Source: Chiloscyllium plagiosum
Lineage: Eukaryota
Length of the DNA: 64,000 bases
Direction: 5' to 3'
Assembly: GCF_004010195.1 (NCBI RefSeq)
Contig: NC_057719.1
Location: 57,763,023 to 57,827,022 of the forward strand
The position numbers and the translations under genes are program-made. The notes below the pieces were generated by a model. The model ran no database searches and had not been told where the DNA came from. It saw nothing but the letters and a program-made list of their open reading frames with translations. Of the stretch, positions 34,527 through 47,619 are shown piece by piece. Each line of letters begins with the position of its first letter. The stretch's first letter is position 1.

Positions 34527-37519
34527 CTGTATTGAAACAAAATATGAAGTCGCTTTTAGGTCAAATAAATAGTATAAAATACTAGTTCTTCATATTTTTT
34601 GTCATTACGTGGCAAAACCAATGTCGATTGTGATCCAAACGTATGATGCAAGCTTTCTAATCTGAGAAAATCTCCTGCTATGTAGCTCATTGTGCCAACT
34701 GAAGATGAGAAATAGATTGGGGCCTGAGATCAAAGAATGGAAATTGGAATATTCATGATTATTCTAAGTAGGAGGAACTGAAAGTAGGTGGGGTCTGCAG
34801 GAGTAATAATAGGTGGCTGAGCAATTAGGGTGGGGGACCAGATTCAGTGGAAGTGGAGGCCAAGCTAAATACCAAAGGATTCGGGGACTAACAATAGTAG
34901 TCTAAAAAATCTGATTCTTAGTGTGAACAATAGTAGTGGGTTACTGCAATTCTAATATCATTACAGACAAAAGGTTTCCATTCATTTTAACTGTATAAAC
35001 ACCAAGTTACACTATAGAACATTAGTGTATATTTATTTGAAGATCATCTTTTCTGTTAAATTAATACAATAATTCATTTTATAATAAACACATCAATGCC
35101 TCAAGTAAAGTAACAGGGAGTCAATTTGAGTACCTTAAGTATTGCGCTGGGATTCCACATAGAACAGCAGAACTACGATTGCAAGTTCTGGGAATTTCCA
35201 CAGAAATTCTCCTGATCATCATAAATAAAATCAAATTGCGACATCAGCTACTTACATCAGTCTTACATGACTTTACCGATCTTCTATTTAAATTACAATG
35301 GGAGATCAGGTAAACTATACACGTTCTAGCCATAACATTTTACCAAGAAGGGATTTTAAGGGTGAAATGTCCTGCTTTCAGTATATCTGAGTTGACGGCA
35401 GAATACATTTTGTGTTCTATCTGCAATGACCTGAACCACCTGCATTTTTGAGTTTAGATATCTACCTAAATATGGCCCAGAACAGTCATACTCTGACAGG
35501 GCATTGCACTTAAAATTACATCTGCTGCAGTAAGCCTTAGAGGCATGCAGCAGCAGGAATAGCCACTGCCTTTCAACCTTTTGGCACTTCTCCAAAAACA
35601 ACAGTCAGCAAGCTACATGCTGAAGATACATGCAAAGCTGAGAAAAAAAATTCTTCCACTTTTTAATCTTCCTTGTCTTTCTGACTACATGATTCGGTTT
35701 GAATGTGAATGTGGGCGAGAATCACAATCTACCATTAATTTTATTCTCAGCCCTTTCAGTCGATTTGAAGGAAGATGAGATGGAAATGCCATTGCCATTT
35801 CTTCCCGCTTCTATTCCATGGACTCTTTGCTTGTGACTGTTATAGATAGAGCTACAAGGCTTCTCTCTTTGACAGAGCTGTAGAAATCCTAGGTCAATGT
35901 AAAAGGACCAGAGACCCAGGTTCATGGGCCCTTTTCTAAGTAACTATTAAGCATTCACTAATACATTAGAATGAAAGGTTTAGGCTCTTAAATTGTGCAA
36001 TTGAATAAGTAATATGAATTCCTTCATGACTTTATGATCAGACAAGCAACCTGAACAGCGACATCCTAGGTTTAATCTTAGTGTTGTAAATTGGGACTTG
36101 GAAATTCTATCTCTCCAGGTTTAGAAGAGAAACATCAATTTTTAAACATTTTTAATTCAGTTACATTTATTGATTTCTGCACATGTTGGATTGGCTTAAC
36201 TGTGCTGCCCATTATGTTTATTGCTACAGTGTCGTGTTTAACCAATGTGAAAAGGTTGTCAGATTTACGAGTGATTAACCAATTCAATAAACAGTGCAAT
36301 TTCATTAATGGCCCAATGATATTTATTGTAATGGCTGAGGACGGTAAAGTACAGAGTAAGAAACTATTGGTCTTTCTGGGAAACTCTATGGAATCCTTTG
36401 GATTTCGTTAGGCAATTGAACAAGTTCCAGGAGATTATGGATGTCCAAGAAGTGTTATAAATCAATGAGGAGGTGATGGCCTAGTGGTATCGCTGGACTA
36501 TTAATCTAGAAACTCAGCTAATATTCTGGGGATCTGGGTTCAAATCCCACCACAGGAGATGGTGAAATTTGAATTCAATTGAAAGAGAATTTGGAATTAA
36601 GAATCTACTGATGACCATGTAACCATTATTGATTGTTGGAAGAAAACCCATTTGGCTCACTCTTATCCTTCACGAAAGAAATCTGCCATTTCACCTGGTC
36701 TGGTCTACATATGACCCACAGCAATGTGGCTCACTCTCAAATGCCCTCTGAAATGGCCTAACAAGCCACTTGTTACAAAGTCTCAAGAAAGAAATCAAAC
36801 CACCCAGCATCAACCTGGGTACCGGAAAAGACAATGGCAAAACAGCCCTGTAGACCCTGCAAAGTCCTCCTTCCTAATAGTGGGGACTTGTGCCAAAATT
36901 GGGAGACTTGTCTTACAGACTAGACAAGCTACAGTCCTGACATACTTATGGAATCACAGTTGACAGACAATATCTTAGATACCACCACTGTTATCCCTTG
37001 ATATTTCCTGTTCCACTGACAGACCAAACAGAGATAGTAGCACAGTGGTATACTGTTGGCAGGGAGTTGCCCTTGGAGTCCTCAACATTGGTTCCAGACC
37101 CAATGAAGTCTCATGTGTTCAGGTTAAACATGGGCAAGGAAACCTCTTGCTGATTACCACATACTGTCCAATCTCATCTGATGAATCAGTACTCCTCCAT
37201 ATTGAACAACATTTGGAGGAATTAGTTTGGGTGGCAAGGGCAGAAAATGTACTCTGGGTGGGGGATTGCAATGTCCATCACCAAGAGTGGCTCAGCAGCA
37301 GCCCTACTGATCGAGCTGGTTGGGTCTTAAAGGACATACCTGCTAGACTGGGTCTGTGATAGGTGGTGAAGGAACCAATAAGAGGGAAAAGGCATACTTG
37401 ACTTCATCCTTAACAATGTACTAGCTACAGATGCATCTGTCTATAATAGTATCGGTAAGAGTGACCACTGCACAGTTCTTGTGGAGACAAGGTCCCACTT
37501 TCAACTGAGAACACTGAAG

Positions 37520-37740
37520 CAGCCAGGTGGCTCTGTGGTTAGCACTACTGCCTCACAGTGCCAGAAATCTGGGTTCAATTCCACCATCGGGCAAATGTCT
37601 GCACTGGTTTCATTTGAGTGCTCTGGTTTCCTCCAAAGGTGTGCAGGTTAGGGTGGATTGGCCATGGTAAATTGCCCAAAGTATCCAGAGATGTGCAGGC
37701 TAGGTAGATTATGGGAAATACAGGGTTACAGAGATAGAGT
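37520..37740 (+). mobile_element. HE1-like V-SINE (truncated)
   Basis: ggtggctctgtggttagcact...gggttcaattcc head and V-domain ctggtttcctcc...gtgcaggttagggtggattggccatg. Confidence 0.8.
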
Positions 37741-39200
37741 GGTGTTTACCAACTGGCCAAGGTATTCACTGATATCTTCAACCTCTCCCTCCTACAAGCC
37801 GAAGTCTCCACCTGCTTCAAGAAGACCACCATCATTCCTGTACCTAAGAAAACACATGCAATGTACCTTAATGACTACTGGCTAGTGGCTCTGACCTCAA
37901 TAATCATGAAGTGCTTCAAGAGGCTAGTGATGGCCCACATCAATTCTAGTCTCCCAGCCTTCCTCAGGCCCTACAGTTTGCCCACCAATGTAACAGATCC
38001 AAAGTGAAAGTCATATTCCTAACCTTGCACTCATCCCTGCAACATCTTGTCAAGAAGGACACCTATATCAGAATCCTGCTCATTGACTACAGTTTTGCCA
38101 ATCCTGGGATACACTATTACTCCTCCAGACTGATCTCAAAACTCTGAGACCTACGTCCTGGCTCCGCCCACTGAAACTGGATCTTCAGCTTCCTGACCCA
38201 CAGACCGCAATCAGTGAAGATAGGTAACTGCACCTGCTCCACAATAACACTCAACACTGGTGCCCCACAAGGATGTATTTTCAGCCCTCTACTGCACTCC
38301 CTGCACACCCACAACTGTGTTGCCAAATTCTGAACAAACACCATCTACAAGTTCACTGATGATACCACCATAGCAGGATGGACATCTACCAACAACAAAT
38401 CAAAATACAGAAGGGAGATTCAGGGCTTGGTGATGTGGTGCAATGAGGACAGCCTCTGTCTCAACATCGGCAAAACTAAAGAACCGATCATTGACTTCAG
38501 GAAAAAAGGAGGAGAACACACCTCCATCTGCATCAATAGAACTAAGGTTGAGAGATTTGAGAGTGTCAAGTCCCTCAGAGTGACAATAACTGACAACCTT
38601 TCATGGACTTCCTGCGTAGATGTGATGATCAAGTTGGCATAATAATGCCTCTTCTCCCTCAGGTAGCTCAAGAAATTTGGTATGTTCATAAGAACTCTCA
38701 TCAACTTCTACATATGCATCATAGAAACCATACTGCCTGGGTGTATAATGGCTTGGTATGGCAACTGCTTTGCCCAGGACTGTAAGAAACCACAGAAGGT
38801 GGTGTGCACAGCCCAGACTATCACAGAAGCCAACCTTCCATTCATGGACTCCATTTAGACAATTTGCTGCTGCTGAAAGGCTGGCAACTTCATCAAAAAC
38901 CTATTGTACCATGGTAATGATCCCCTACAACGTCTTCTGTCAGGCAGAAGATACAGAAGCCTAATCCTAGGCACCAGCAAGTTCAGGAACAGCTTCTTCC
39001 TGGCTATTATTAGACTGATGATTGACTCTCTAGCCTCAAATGATGCTGATTTTGCTAACATTGATCTCACCTCGTGCGCACCCTGCGTGCCCGTCTAAGT
39101 TTTCTTTCAACTTCTGATGTGTTCACCTTTGCTTATTGTAATCTACCTCTACTGCTCGTAAACAAAGCTTTTCACTAGTTTGCTACACGTGACAATCAAT
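37740..39200 (+). mobile_element. Rex1/Babar-clade LINE, 5'-truncated
   Basis: RT remnants [58 protein letters not shown]-terminal L.SGRRYRS...TSKFRNSFF; tail cttttcact...cacgtgacaatcaa. Confidence 0.8.
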
Positions 39201-41329
39201 CAACTACCAAACAGGAATACTTGCATGCCAAATAATATAAGCAGTAAGTGATAGACAGAGCTGAGTGATCTCACAACCAATGGATCAGATCTAAGCTCTG
39301 ACGTCTGGTCACATCCAGTTATAAATGGTGGTGGATAATTGAACAACTCACTGGAGGAGGAGGTTCCACTAATATTCCCCTCCTCAACGATGGGAGAGCC
39401 CAACACTTAAGTGCAAAAGATAAGGCTGAAGCATTCTCACCAATCTTCAGCCAGAAGTGCCAAGTGGATGATCCATCTCAGTTTCCTCCTTTGGCCCCCG
39501 GCCTTACAGATATCAGTCTTCAGTCATTCAATTCACTCCACATTATATCAAGAAACTGTTGGAGGCACTGAGCACTGCAAAGGCTTTGGGTCCTGACAAC
39601 ATTTCAGCAATGGTACTGAAGACTTGTGCACCAGAATTTGCTGCTCCTCTAGCCAAGCTCTTCCAGTACAGTTACAAAACTGACATCTACCCCAACCATG
39701 TGGAAAATTACCCAAGTATTTTCTATAAACAAAAAGCAGGACAAATCCAACCCAGCTAACTACCACCCCATCAGTCCACTCATGATTATCAGTGAAGTGA
39801 TGGAAGGTTTAGCCAACAGTGTTATCAAGCAGCACCTGCTCAGTGACGCCCAATTTGGGTTTTGCCAGGGCCACTCAGCCCCTGGCCTCATTACAGTTTT
39901 CGTCCAAACATGGACAAAATAGCTGAATTTCAGAGATAAGATGAGAGTGACAGCTCTTGACATAAAGGCCACATTCGACAGAGTGTATCTTCAAGGAACC
40001 CTAGCAAAACTGGAATCAATGGGTATCAGGGGGTAAACTCTCCACTGGTTAAAGTCATACCTGGCACAGAGAAAGGTGGTTGTGGTTGTCAGAGGTCAAT
40101 CATCTCAGCTCCAGGACATTTCTTTGGGAGTTCCTCAGGGCAGTATCCTCGGCCCAACCATTTTCAACTGCTTCATCAATGACCTCCCTCCATCATAAGG
40201 TCAGAAGTGGGATGTTTGTCAATGATTTTACAATATTCAGTACCATTCGTGACCCCTCAATTATTGAAGCAGTCCATGTTCAAATGCAACAAGATCTACA
40301 CAATATCCAGCCTTGGGCTGAAAAGTGGCAAATAACATTTGCATCACACAATTGCCAAGTAATGACCATCGCCAATAGGAGACCTTATTGCTATTACCAT
40401 CATCGGATGCCCTATTATCAACATCCATAGGGTTACCATTGACTATAAACTCAAACGGATTTGTCACATACACACAGTGGTTACAACAGCAAATCAGAAG
40501 CGAGGAATACTGTGGTGATCAACTCACCTCCTGACTTCCCAAAGCCTGTCCACCATCTATAAAGCACAAATCATGAGTGTGACAGAATGCCTGGATGGAT
40601 GCAACTCCAATAACTCAAGAAGCTTGACACTATCTAGAACAAGCAACCCGCTTGATTGTCACTGCATCCATAAGCATCCACTCCCGCCACCACTGAAACT
40701 CAGCAGCAGCACTTTGTACTACCTAGAAGATGCACTGCAGTATTTCACCAAAGATCCCTGGGTACAACCCCCAACCCACAACCACTTGCATCTACAGGAC
40801 AATGGCAGCAGATACATGGGAACACCACCACCTGCAAGTCTCCCTTCAAATCATTCACCATCCTGATTTGGAAATATATCATTGTTCCTTCACTGTCATT
40901 GGATTAAAATCCTGGAATTCCATCACATTGTGGGTCTATTTACAGCATATGGACAGCAGCAATTCAAGAAGGCAGCTCACCATCATCTTCTGAAGGGTGA
41001 CTAGGGATGGCTAATAAATGCTGGTCTGCCAGTGATGCCCATGTCCCACGTGTGAATAAAATAACTTAATTAATGTTCCCTGAAAAAAAGCACATCATCC
41101 TAGTGAAAAATCAATGCTTCCTCGTTTAATCACGGGTAAATTGTTTATTGCTGAAAGACTGCATACATGCTGTCTCGTGTGCTGGACTACCAGCTCTGCT
41201 GTGAAGGACGAATCTTTCAACATTACCTATATCTTTTTGGACCCTCCCCAATTCCAAAGACAACTCATTTGCTCCCTCACAATAAATAATCACTCGCATC
41301 TTATCAAGTAACTGACCATTTTTCAATGT

Positions 41330-43985
41330 TTTCTAGTTACAAATGTGATGCCAGAGGACTAGAGGACACCTAACATTGTACCATTGTTCAAAAAGGGACA
41401 AAGGGATAGACCACACAATTACATACTAGTCAGCCTAATGTCAATGGGGGAAAAGAAAAGAATGTCTTCTGAGGGATACAATAAATCCTCATTTCAAAAG
41501 TTGAGGATTAATCAAAGATAGTTTGCACAGATTTGTTAATTTATCACATTTTCAAGGAGGCAACAAAGAAGGTCAATGACTGTGGTGTATCTGTTGTAAT
41601 GTCTATTGATCTGAGCAAAGCTTTTGATGAATTCCCACATGGCAGACTGGTCATAAAAATAAAAACTCACTGGATCCAAGATGAAGTGGCAAGTTCAATC
41701 TAAAATTATCTCAAAGGTAAGAAACAAAGTTTGAGGAATGCTGTGCTCAGTGGAGTTCTGCAGATTAAATCCTTTGCTTTTTGTGATATATAGCAATGAT
41801 TTGGACTTGAAGGTCGGAGGCACGATTAAGTTGTTTAAAGCTGATACAAAAATTATATTGTGTTGTGTAATAAATAAGATATTTATTGACTGCAGAAAGA
41901 AATCAATGAACTTGTAAAGGGCAAAACAATAGCAATTGAAATTCAACAGAGAGACATGTTGTGTAATATATTTGGAGTCATAGAGTCCTGCAGTATGGAG
42001 ACAGGCCCTTTGGCTCAAACTGGTCCAAAATGCCCATCCATGTATTTGTCTAAAGGCCTTTTAAATGTTGTTAATGTACCCACCTCAATCACTTCTTCTG
42101 ACAGCTTATTCCATATACATAGCACCCTCTGTGTAAAAAAAGTTGTCTCTCAGGTTTCCTTTTATTCTTTTCTCTGTAACCTTAAACTGATGCCCCCTAG
42201 GCCTTGATTACCCTGGGCAAAAGACTGATTACATTCATTCTATCCATGCCTCTCATGATCCTGTACATTTGCACAAGATCTGCCCTCAGTCTCCTAAGCT
42301 CTAAAGAAAAAAGTCCTAGCTCGTCTAACCTCTCCCAATAACTCAGACCCTTGAGTCCTAGGAACATCCTTGGAAATGTCTTCTAGCTTAATAACATCCT
42401 TCCTACAGCAAGATGATCAAAACTGAACACAATACTCAAAGTGCTGCCTCACTAGCATCCTGTACAACTGTAACATAACTTCCCAACTTCTGTACTCAGT
42501 GTCCTGACTGATGAATGCCAGTGTGCCAAAAGCCTTCTTCACTGCCCTGTCTACCTGTGACTCCACTTTCAGAGAACTGTGAACCTCCAAGATTCCTCTG
42601 CTCCACTACACTCCTTAAGGCCCTACCGTTCACCATGAAACACCTACTTTGATTCGACTTTCCAAAGTGCAAGACCTCACACTTATCTATATTAAACTCC
42701 ATTTGCCATTTCTCAGCCCACATCCCCAGTTGATCAAGGTCCTACTGCAATTTCTGATAGTCTTCCTCACTGTCCATGATACTGCCTATTTTAGTGTCAT
42801 CTGCAAACTTACTGGTCATGCCTTGTACATTCTCATCCAAATCATTGATATATATAACAAACAGTAATGGGCCCAGCACCAACCCCCGAGACACACCACT
42901 AGTCACAGGCTTCCAGTCCAACAAGCATTCTTCCACAATTACCCTCTGCTTCCTATTATCAAGCCAATTGTGTATCCTATTTGCCAGCTCTCCCTGGATT
43001 CCATGCAATCTAACCTTTGAGAGCAGCCTATCATGTGGAACCTTATCAAAGGCCTTACTGAAATCTATATAGACTATGTCTCCCAGCCTGCCCTCATCAA
43101 CCTTCCTGGTCACTTCATCCACAAACTCTAACACACTTGTGAGGCATGATATCCCATGCACAAAGCCATGCTAACTACTCCTAATCAAATCCTGTCTTTT
43201 CAAATGCATGTACACCTGATCTCTCAGAATCTTCTCAAGTAACTTACCTGCCTTTAGACTTTGGGGAAGGATGAAAAGGCAAGGTAATACATAATCAATG
43301 AGGACACTGAGAAGGGGAGAAAATCAGAGACTCGTTAGAGTGTATACCCTTAGATTCCTGAAGATAGCTGGACAGGATGGATAAGACACTGAAGGTGGCA
43401 CAGATGATACACATCTTTATTCACTAAGGAATAAAATATGAGGGCTCAGAAATTATGCTGGCATTGTACAAAGCACTACTTTGGCCATGCCAGAGGTAAT
43501 ACATGCTGTGCTCCATACTTTTGGAAAGATGTGACTGCAATAGAAGAAACACAGAAGGAATTTCTAATGATGTTGCCTGGACTGGAGAATTTTAATAAGG
43601 AATTAAGATTGAATAGCTAGTTTTCTTTGGAATAGTATTGAGGGAAGACCCAGTTGAAATACATAAATTACAAGAGGCTGAAATTGCATAGATGGGATAC
43701 CTTATTTGGTGTGGTTGATAGCTCCAGAACCAAAGGGTGCACATTTAGGAATAAAACACATTTAGAGCCTTAGAGGTGTGTCAGGTTGGTGCAGCTCAGG
43801 AACTAATTGCCAGAAAGAGTGATAGAAGCAGAACCCCTCATAAATCGCACTTCAATATGACGTTAAAGCAAAAAAAACCGTGGAACAAGAGTGATAAAGT
43901 CCAGTTAGACTGAATAGTTTCTTATCATCTGACAAGGAAATGATGAACCGAATGGCCTCCTTCAATGCTGTAAATTATGATTTAA
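41330..43985 (+). mobile_element. Old CR1 LINE (host; pieces 41330-41975 and 43255-43985)
   Basis: ANIVPLFKKG, KAFDE.PH and F.ADTK remnants. It breaks at FN...C....FG (about 41975) and resumes with tttggggaagga...aaggcaagg at about 43260. Confidence 0.7.
41976..43250 (-). mobile_element. Younger CR1/HER1 LINE nested in opposite orientation
   Basis: ORF 42742-43161: DIVYIDFSKAFDKVPH...VTSGVSRGLVLGPLLFVIYINDLD...SKFADDTKIG. ORF 42496: WAEKWQMEFNIDKCEVLHFG. 3' tail gactctatgactc at about 41976-41988. Confidence 0.92.
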
Positions 43986-44214
43986 TGCATCTAGGAAATG
44001 AACAGTCTGTGTGACCTTGCTGGGAAAGAACTATTATGGGTAATGTGTAAAGCAACATATATAACAATACAATATATAAATACATTTCCATTATCTTCCT
44101 GGCGACAGTAGAAACATACAAATACCAGATTTGAAGACATTTTCATAAAGTAGAGCGATGGAGCTTCTAAGTGCAAATATTTGCTTTTGTAAAAATGGAT
44201 TCCTATTCAAGACA

Positions 44215-44400
44215 GTGATTATGGTGTTACAGCAGCACAATAGTATGTTAATAAACTAGCAACTCAGAGGTAAAGACTAATACTCCAGAGACATAAGCTC
44301 AAATCCCACCACAACATTAAACATTAAAAGGGTAGCAATAGTGACCATGAAACTAGTGGATAGTTAAGAAAATCCCCATCTGTTGTTACCAGTTTGCATA
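44215..44400 (+). mobile_element. Degenerate tRNA-head SINE related to the 36468 head
   Basis: gactaatactccagagacataagctcaaatcccaccac...gtgaccatgaaact parallels 36500-36630. Confidence 0.5.
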
Positions 44401-44571
44401 AAACTATAGCTTCAACCACCAAATGGAAAGCATCAGGAGCATTTGCACATATACTTTCAGCTGCACTGCAACTGCCAGCACATGCACAGATGTCCTCCAT
44501 ACCTTTCTGTTTGGAGGTATCAAGACAATTGGTGAAGTTTAAACAAGTTGCTTTAAAATTTACAAAGACTG

Positions 44572-46072
44572 GGGAATGTTGCTGAACAAAGAGACGTGGG
44601 AGTGCAGGTTCATAGTTCCTTGAAAGTAGACTTTCAGGTAGATAGGACAGCGAAGAATGCATTTGGTATGCTTTCCTTTATTGGTCTGCCAGGGAACTAT
44701 ACACCAGAGAGCCTGACATTGGTGGTGGGCAAATTGTTGGAAGGAATCTTGAGGGATAGGGTGTACATGTATTTGGAAAGGTAAGGACTGATTAGAAATA
44801 GTCAGCATGGCTTTGTGTGTGGGAAATCAGGTCTCACAAACTTGATTGAGTTTTTTGAAGAATTAACAAAGAGGATTGGTGAGGACAGAGCAGTAGACGT
44901 GATCCATATGGACTTCAGTAAGACGTTCGACAAGGTTCCTCATGGGAGACTGGTTAGCAAGGTTAGATCTCATGGAATACAGGGAGAACTAGCTATTTGG
45001 ATACAGAACTGGCTCAAAGGTAGAAGATAGAGGGTGGTGGTGGAGGATTGTTTTTCAGACTGGAGGCCTGTGACCAGTGGAATGCCACAAGGCTTGGTGC
45101 TGGGTCCACTACTTTTCATCATTCATGTAAATGATTTGGATGTGAGCAGGAGAGGTATAGTTAGTAAGTTTGCAGATATCACCAAAATTGGAGGTGTAGT
45201 GGACATCGAAGAAGGTTACCCAGATTACAACTGGATCTTGATCAGATGGGCTATTGGGCTGAGGAGTGGCAGCTGGAGTTTAATTTAGATAAATGTGAGG
45301 TGCTGCATTTTGGGAAAGCAAATCTTAGCAGAACTTATACACTTAATGGTAAGGTCTTAGGGAGTGTTGCTGAACAAAGAGACCTTGGAGTGCAGGTTCA
45401 TAGCTCCTTGAGAGTGGAGTCGTAGGTAGATAAGATAGTTAAGATGATGTTTGGTATGCTTTTCTTTATTGGTCAGAGTTTTGAGTACAGGAGTTGGGAG
45501 GTCATGTTGTGGCTGTACAGGACATTGATTAGGCCACTTTTGGAATATTGTGTGCAATTCTGGTCTCTTTCCTATTGGAAAAATGTGAGGAAACATGAAA
45601 GGGTTCAGAAAAGATTTACAAGAATGTTGCCAGGATTGGAGGATTTGAGTTATAGGGAGAGGTGAATAGGCTAGCGCTGTTTTTCCCTGGAGCATCAGAG
45701 GCTGAGAGGTGACTTTATTGAGGTTTATAAAATCAGAAGGGGCATGGATAGGATAAATAGACAAGGTCTTTTCTTTAGGGTAGGGGAGTTCAGAACTAGA
45801 GGGCGCAGGTTTAGGGTGAGAGGGGAAAAATGTAAAAGGGACCTAAGGGGCAACATTTTCACGCAGAGGATGGTGCGTGTTTGGATTGAGCTGCCAGAGG
45901 AAGTTGTGGAGGCTGGTACAATTACAATATTGAAAGGCGTCTGGATGAGTATATGAACAGGAAGGGTTTAGGGTCAAGTGCTTGCTAACGGGACTAGATT
46001 AGGTTAGGACCTGGTCGGCATGGATGAGTTGGACCAAAGGGTCTGTTTCTGTGCTGTACATCTCTATGACTA
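44572..46072 (+). mobile_element. CR1/HER1 LINE 3' half
   Basis: LTNLIEFFEE...DVIHMDFSKTFDKVPH, VTSGMPQGLVLGPLLF...SKFADITK, LYRTLIRPLLEYCVQFWS; tail ctctatgact. Confidence 0.92.
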
Positions 46073-47619
46073 CTTTTAAAAAGTTTGGGCTGTGAGTTGT
46101 GGAGCTGTCAAGGCTTTGTGGAGCAAATTTCTGCACAACTCAATTCACTCAATTGGTCGTTAATGGGGCTTGTCGTTTGAGTATCAAGACTTTGGGACCC
46201 ATGTTGGGTGACGTTTTTTTGTTAACATATTACTTGGGAAGGTAATAACTTGTATTCAATTAATTGAGCAAGGAATTTTACAATTGGTAGTTTAAGCACA
46301 GTTCTTTGGTAAATCTGACCAATGAAATATGGCCATTATGAAATGCTGCAGCTGATACCATTCATTAAAAAAAATCTGGATTTAGCACCAAGGGAACCTG
46401 TCATTGTTACTGGCATTGCTGTTACTTTCTCATTGGCATTTCTCACTCTGTCGTGGCGTTGCTACCTTCATTTTCAGACATGCTTTCAGGATGGAGCATA
46501 CGTTAGATGCAATAAACCTTTGCCTATATGTGTATACACACACACATGATTGATCCTCAACCATCCTCTGAACTGGATTAATAAATCACTAGGGTGTATT
46601 TGAAAAGGCACCTCCTCAGTATCACAATCTCCAGGACAATTATGAACTGAAATTATGAAGTTCTGACTTTTCCAGTTGACATTCCATAAATCAATTTAAA
46701 AAAAACTTTGGACTGAAGAACATATAGTATCATACACAACATCCGAATAACTGAACCAATTTTAACTAATCCAAATCCATGCATTTGCACTGAGTTAAAT
46801 CTGAACTCAACGCTGACCATAGCTGACAAGCTAATCCAGATTAATTACATAATTACATTAATTACATAATGAATATTTGTTTTTAACATGGGAGAAACAA
46901 TTATTCAAGAAGAGTATAATGTGCCAGACAGCTTGTTGATCTGGATGCCCTAGTCCTATATGATGTACCATAGTTGAATTGTTTAGCACATGTTAAAGCC
47001 CATAGCTGTTAGCCTGCATAGGGAATGTATATTTCACTGATGTCTTGCACACAGATGACAACCTTCCAAAAGAAGGTTTCTGCTATGTATTAACTCTGTA
47101 CCTGATGGTGGTCTTAATAAACAAACAGTGAGCTCAAATTACCAGACACCCACTCAAACTTCCACGTTGAGAGCTCTTGGCATCTTTCCTCACAGCATGT
47201 GGAAGGTTAGGAGGTTGATTATTAATGAGGCAAAGTGTGTAGTTAATGCGGCCAAGAAGCAATAATCCCCCTAAAAGGCATCTTGCTGATGCCTCATGAG
47301 AACCTTGGAACTCTATTGGAAAATGACCCTAGCTGCTCCCAACTTTGAAAAAGGCCTCACAGGAATTCCTGCATGTTTCTCCCAGGTTTCTCACCAAATC
47401 CCGTATTGTTCAGGACCTAGTAAGATTCCACCTTTTGTTTTGCAATCTATTGATGTAGCAATACTCAAAAAAGAACACTAATTGTTTTCTCTGTAGCCAC
47501 CTCAAATCGCATACGAACTTTCAGTGATAACACAATGGCAAAACGTCATAGCAGCTCCTTGATCAGTTATTTAAACATAGGACCTCTAAATAGAATAGTC
47601 TTGCTTTGACCTCCTAGTT

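Larger units (their letters stand above)
36468..41060 (+). mobile_element. Near full-length CR1/L2-group LINE with tRNA-like 5' head, interrupted at about 37520-39200
   Basis: A box TGGCCTAGTGG (36477) and B box GGTTCAAATCC (36537). APE endonuclease remnants (LLITTYCP...WVGDCNVHHQEW, ORF 37045) and RT remnants (KALGPDNI..VLKTCAPE, ANYHPIS, QFGF, GVPQGSILGP..F..FINDL). It ends in ...gaataaa at about 41060. Confidence 0.8.

Noticed and set aside
36468..36560. tRNA genes (also 37525, 52143, 54925)
   Set aside because: A/B boxes are present but continue into SINE/LINE bodies; no complete cloverleaf is evident.
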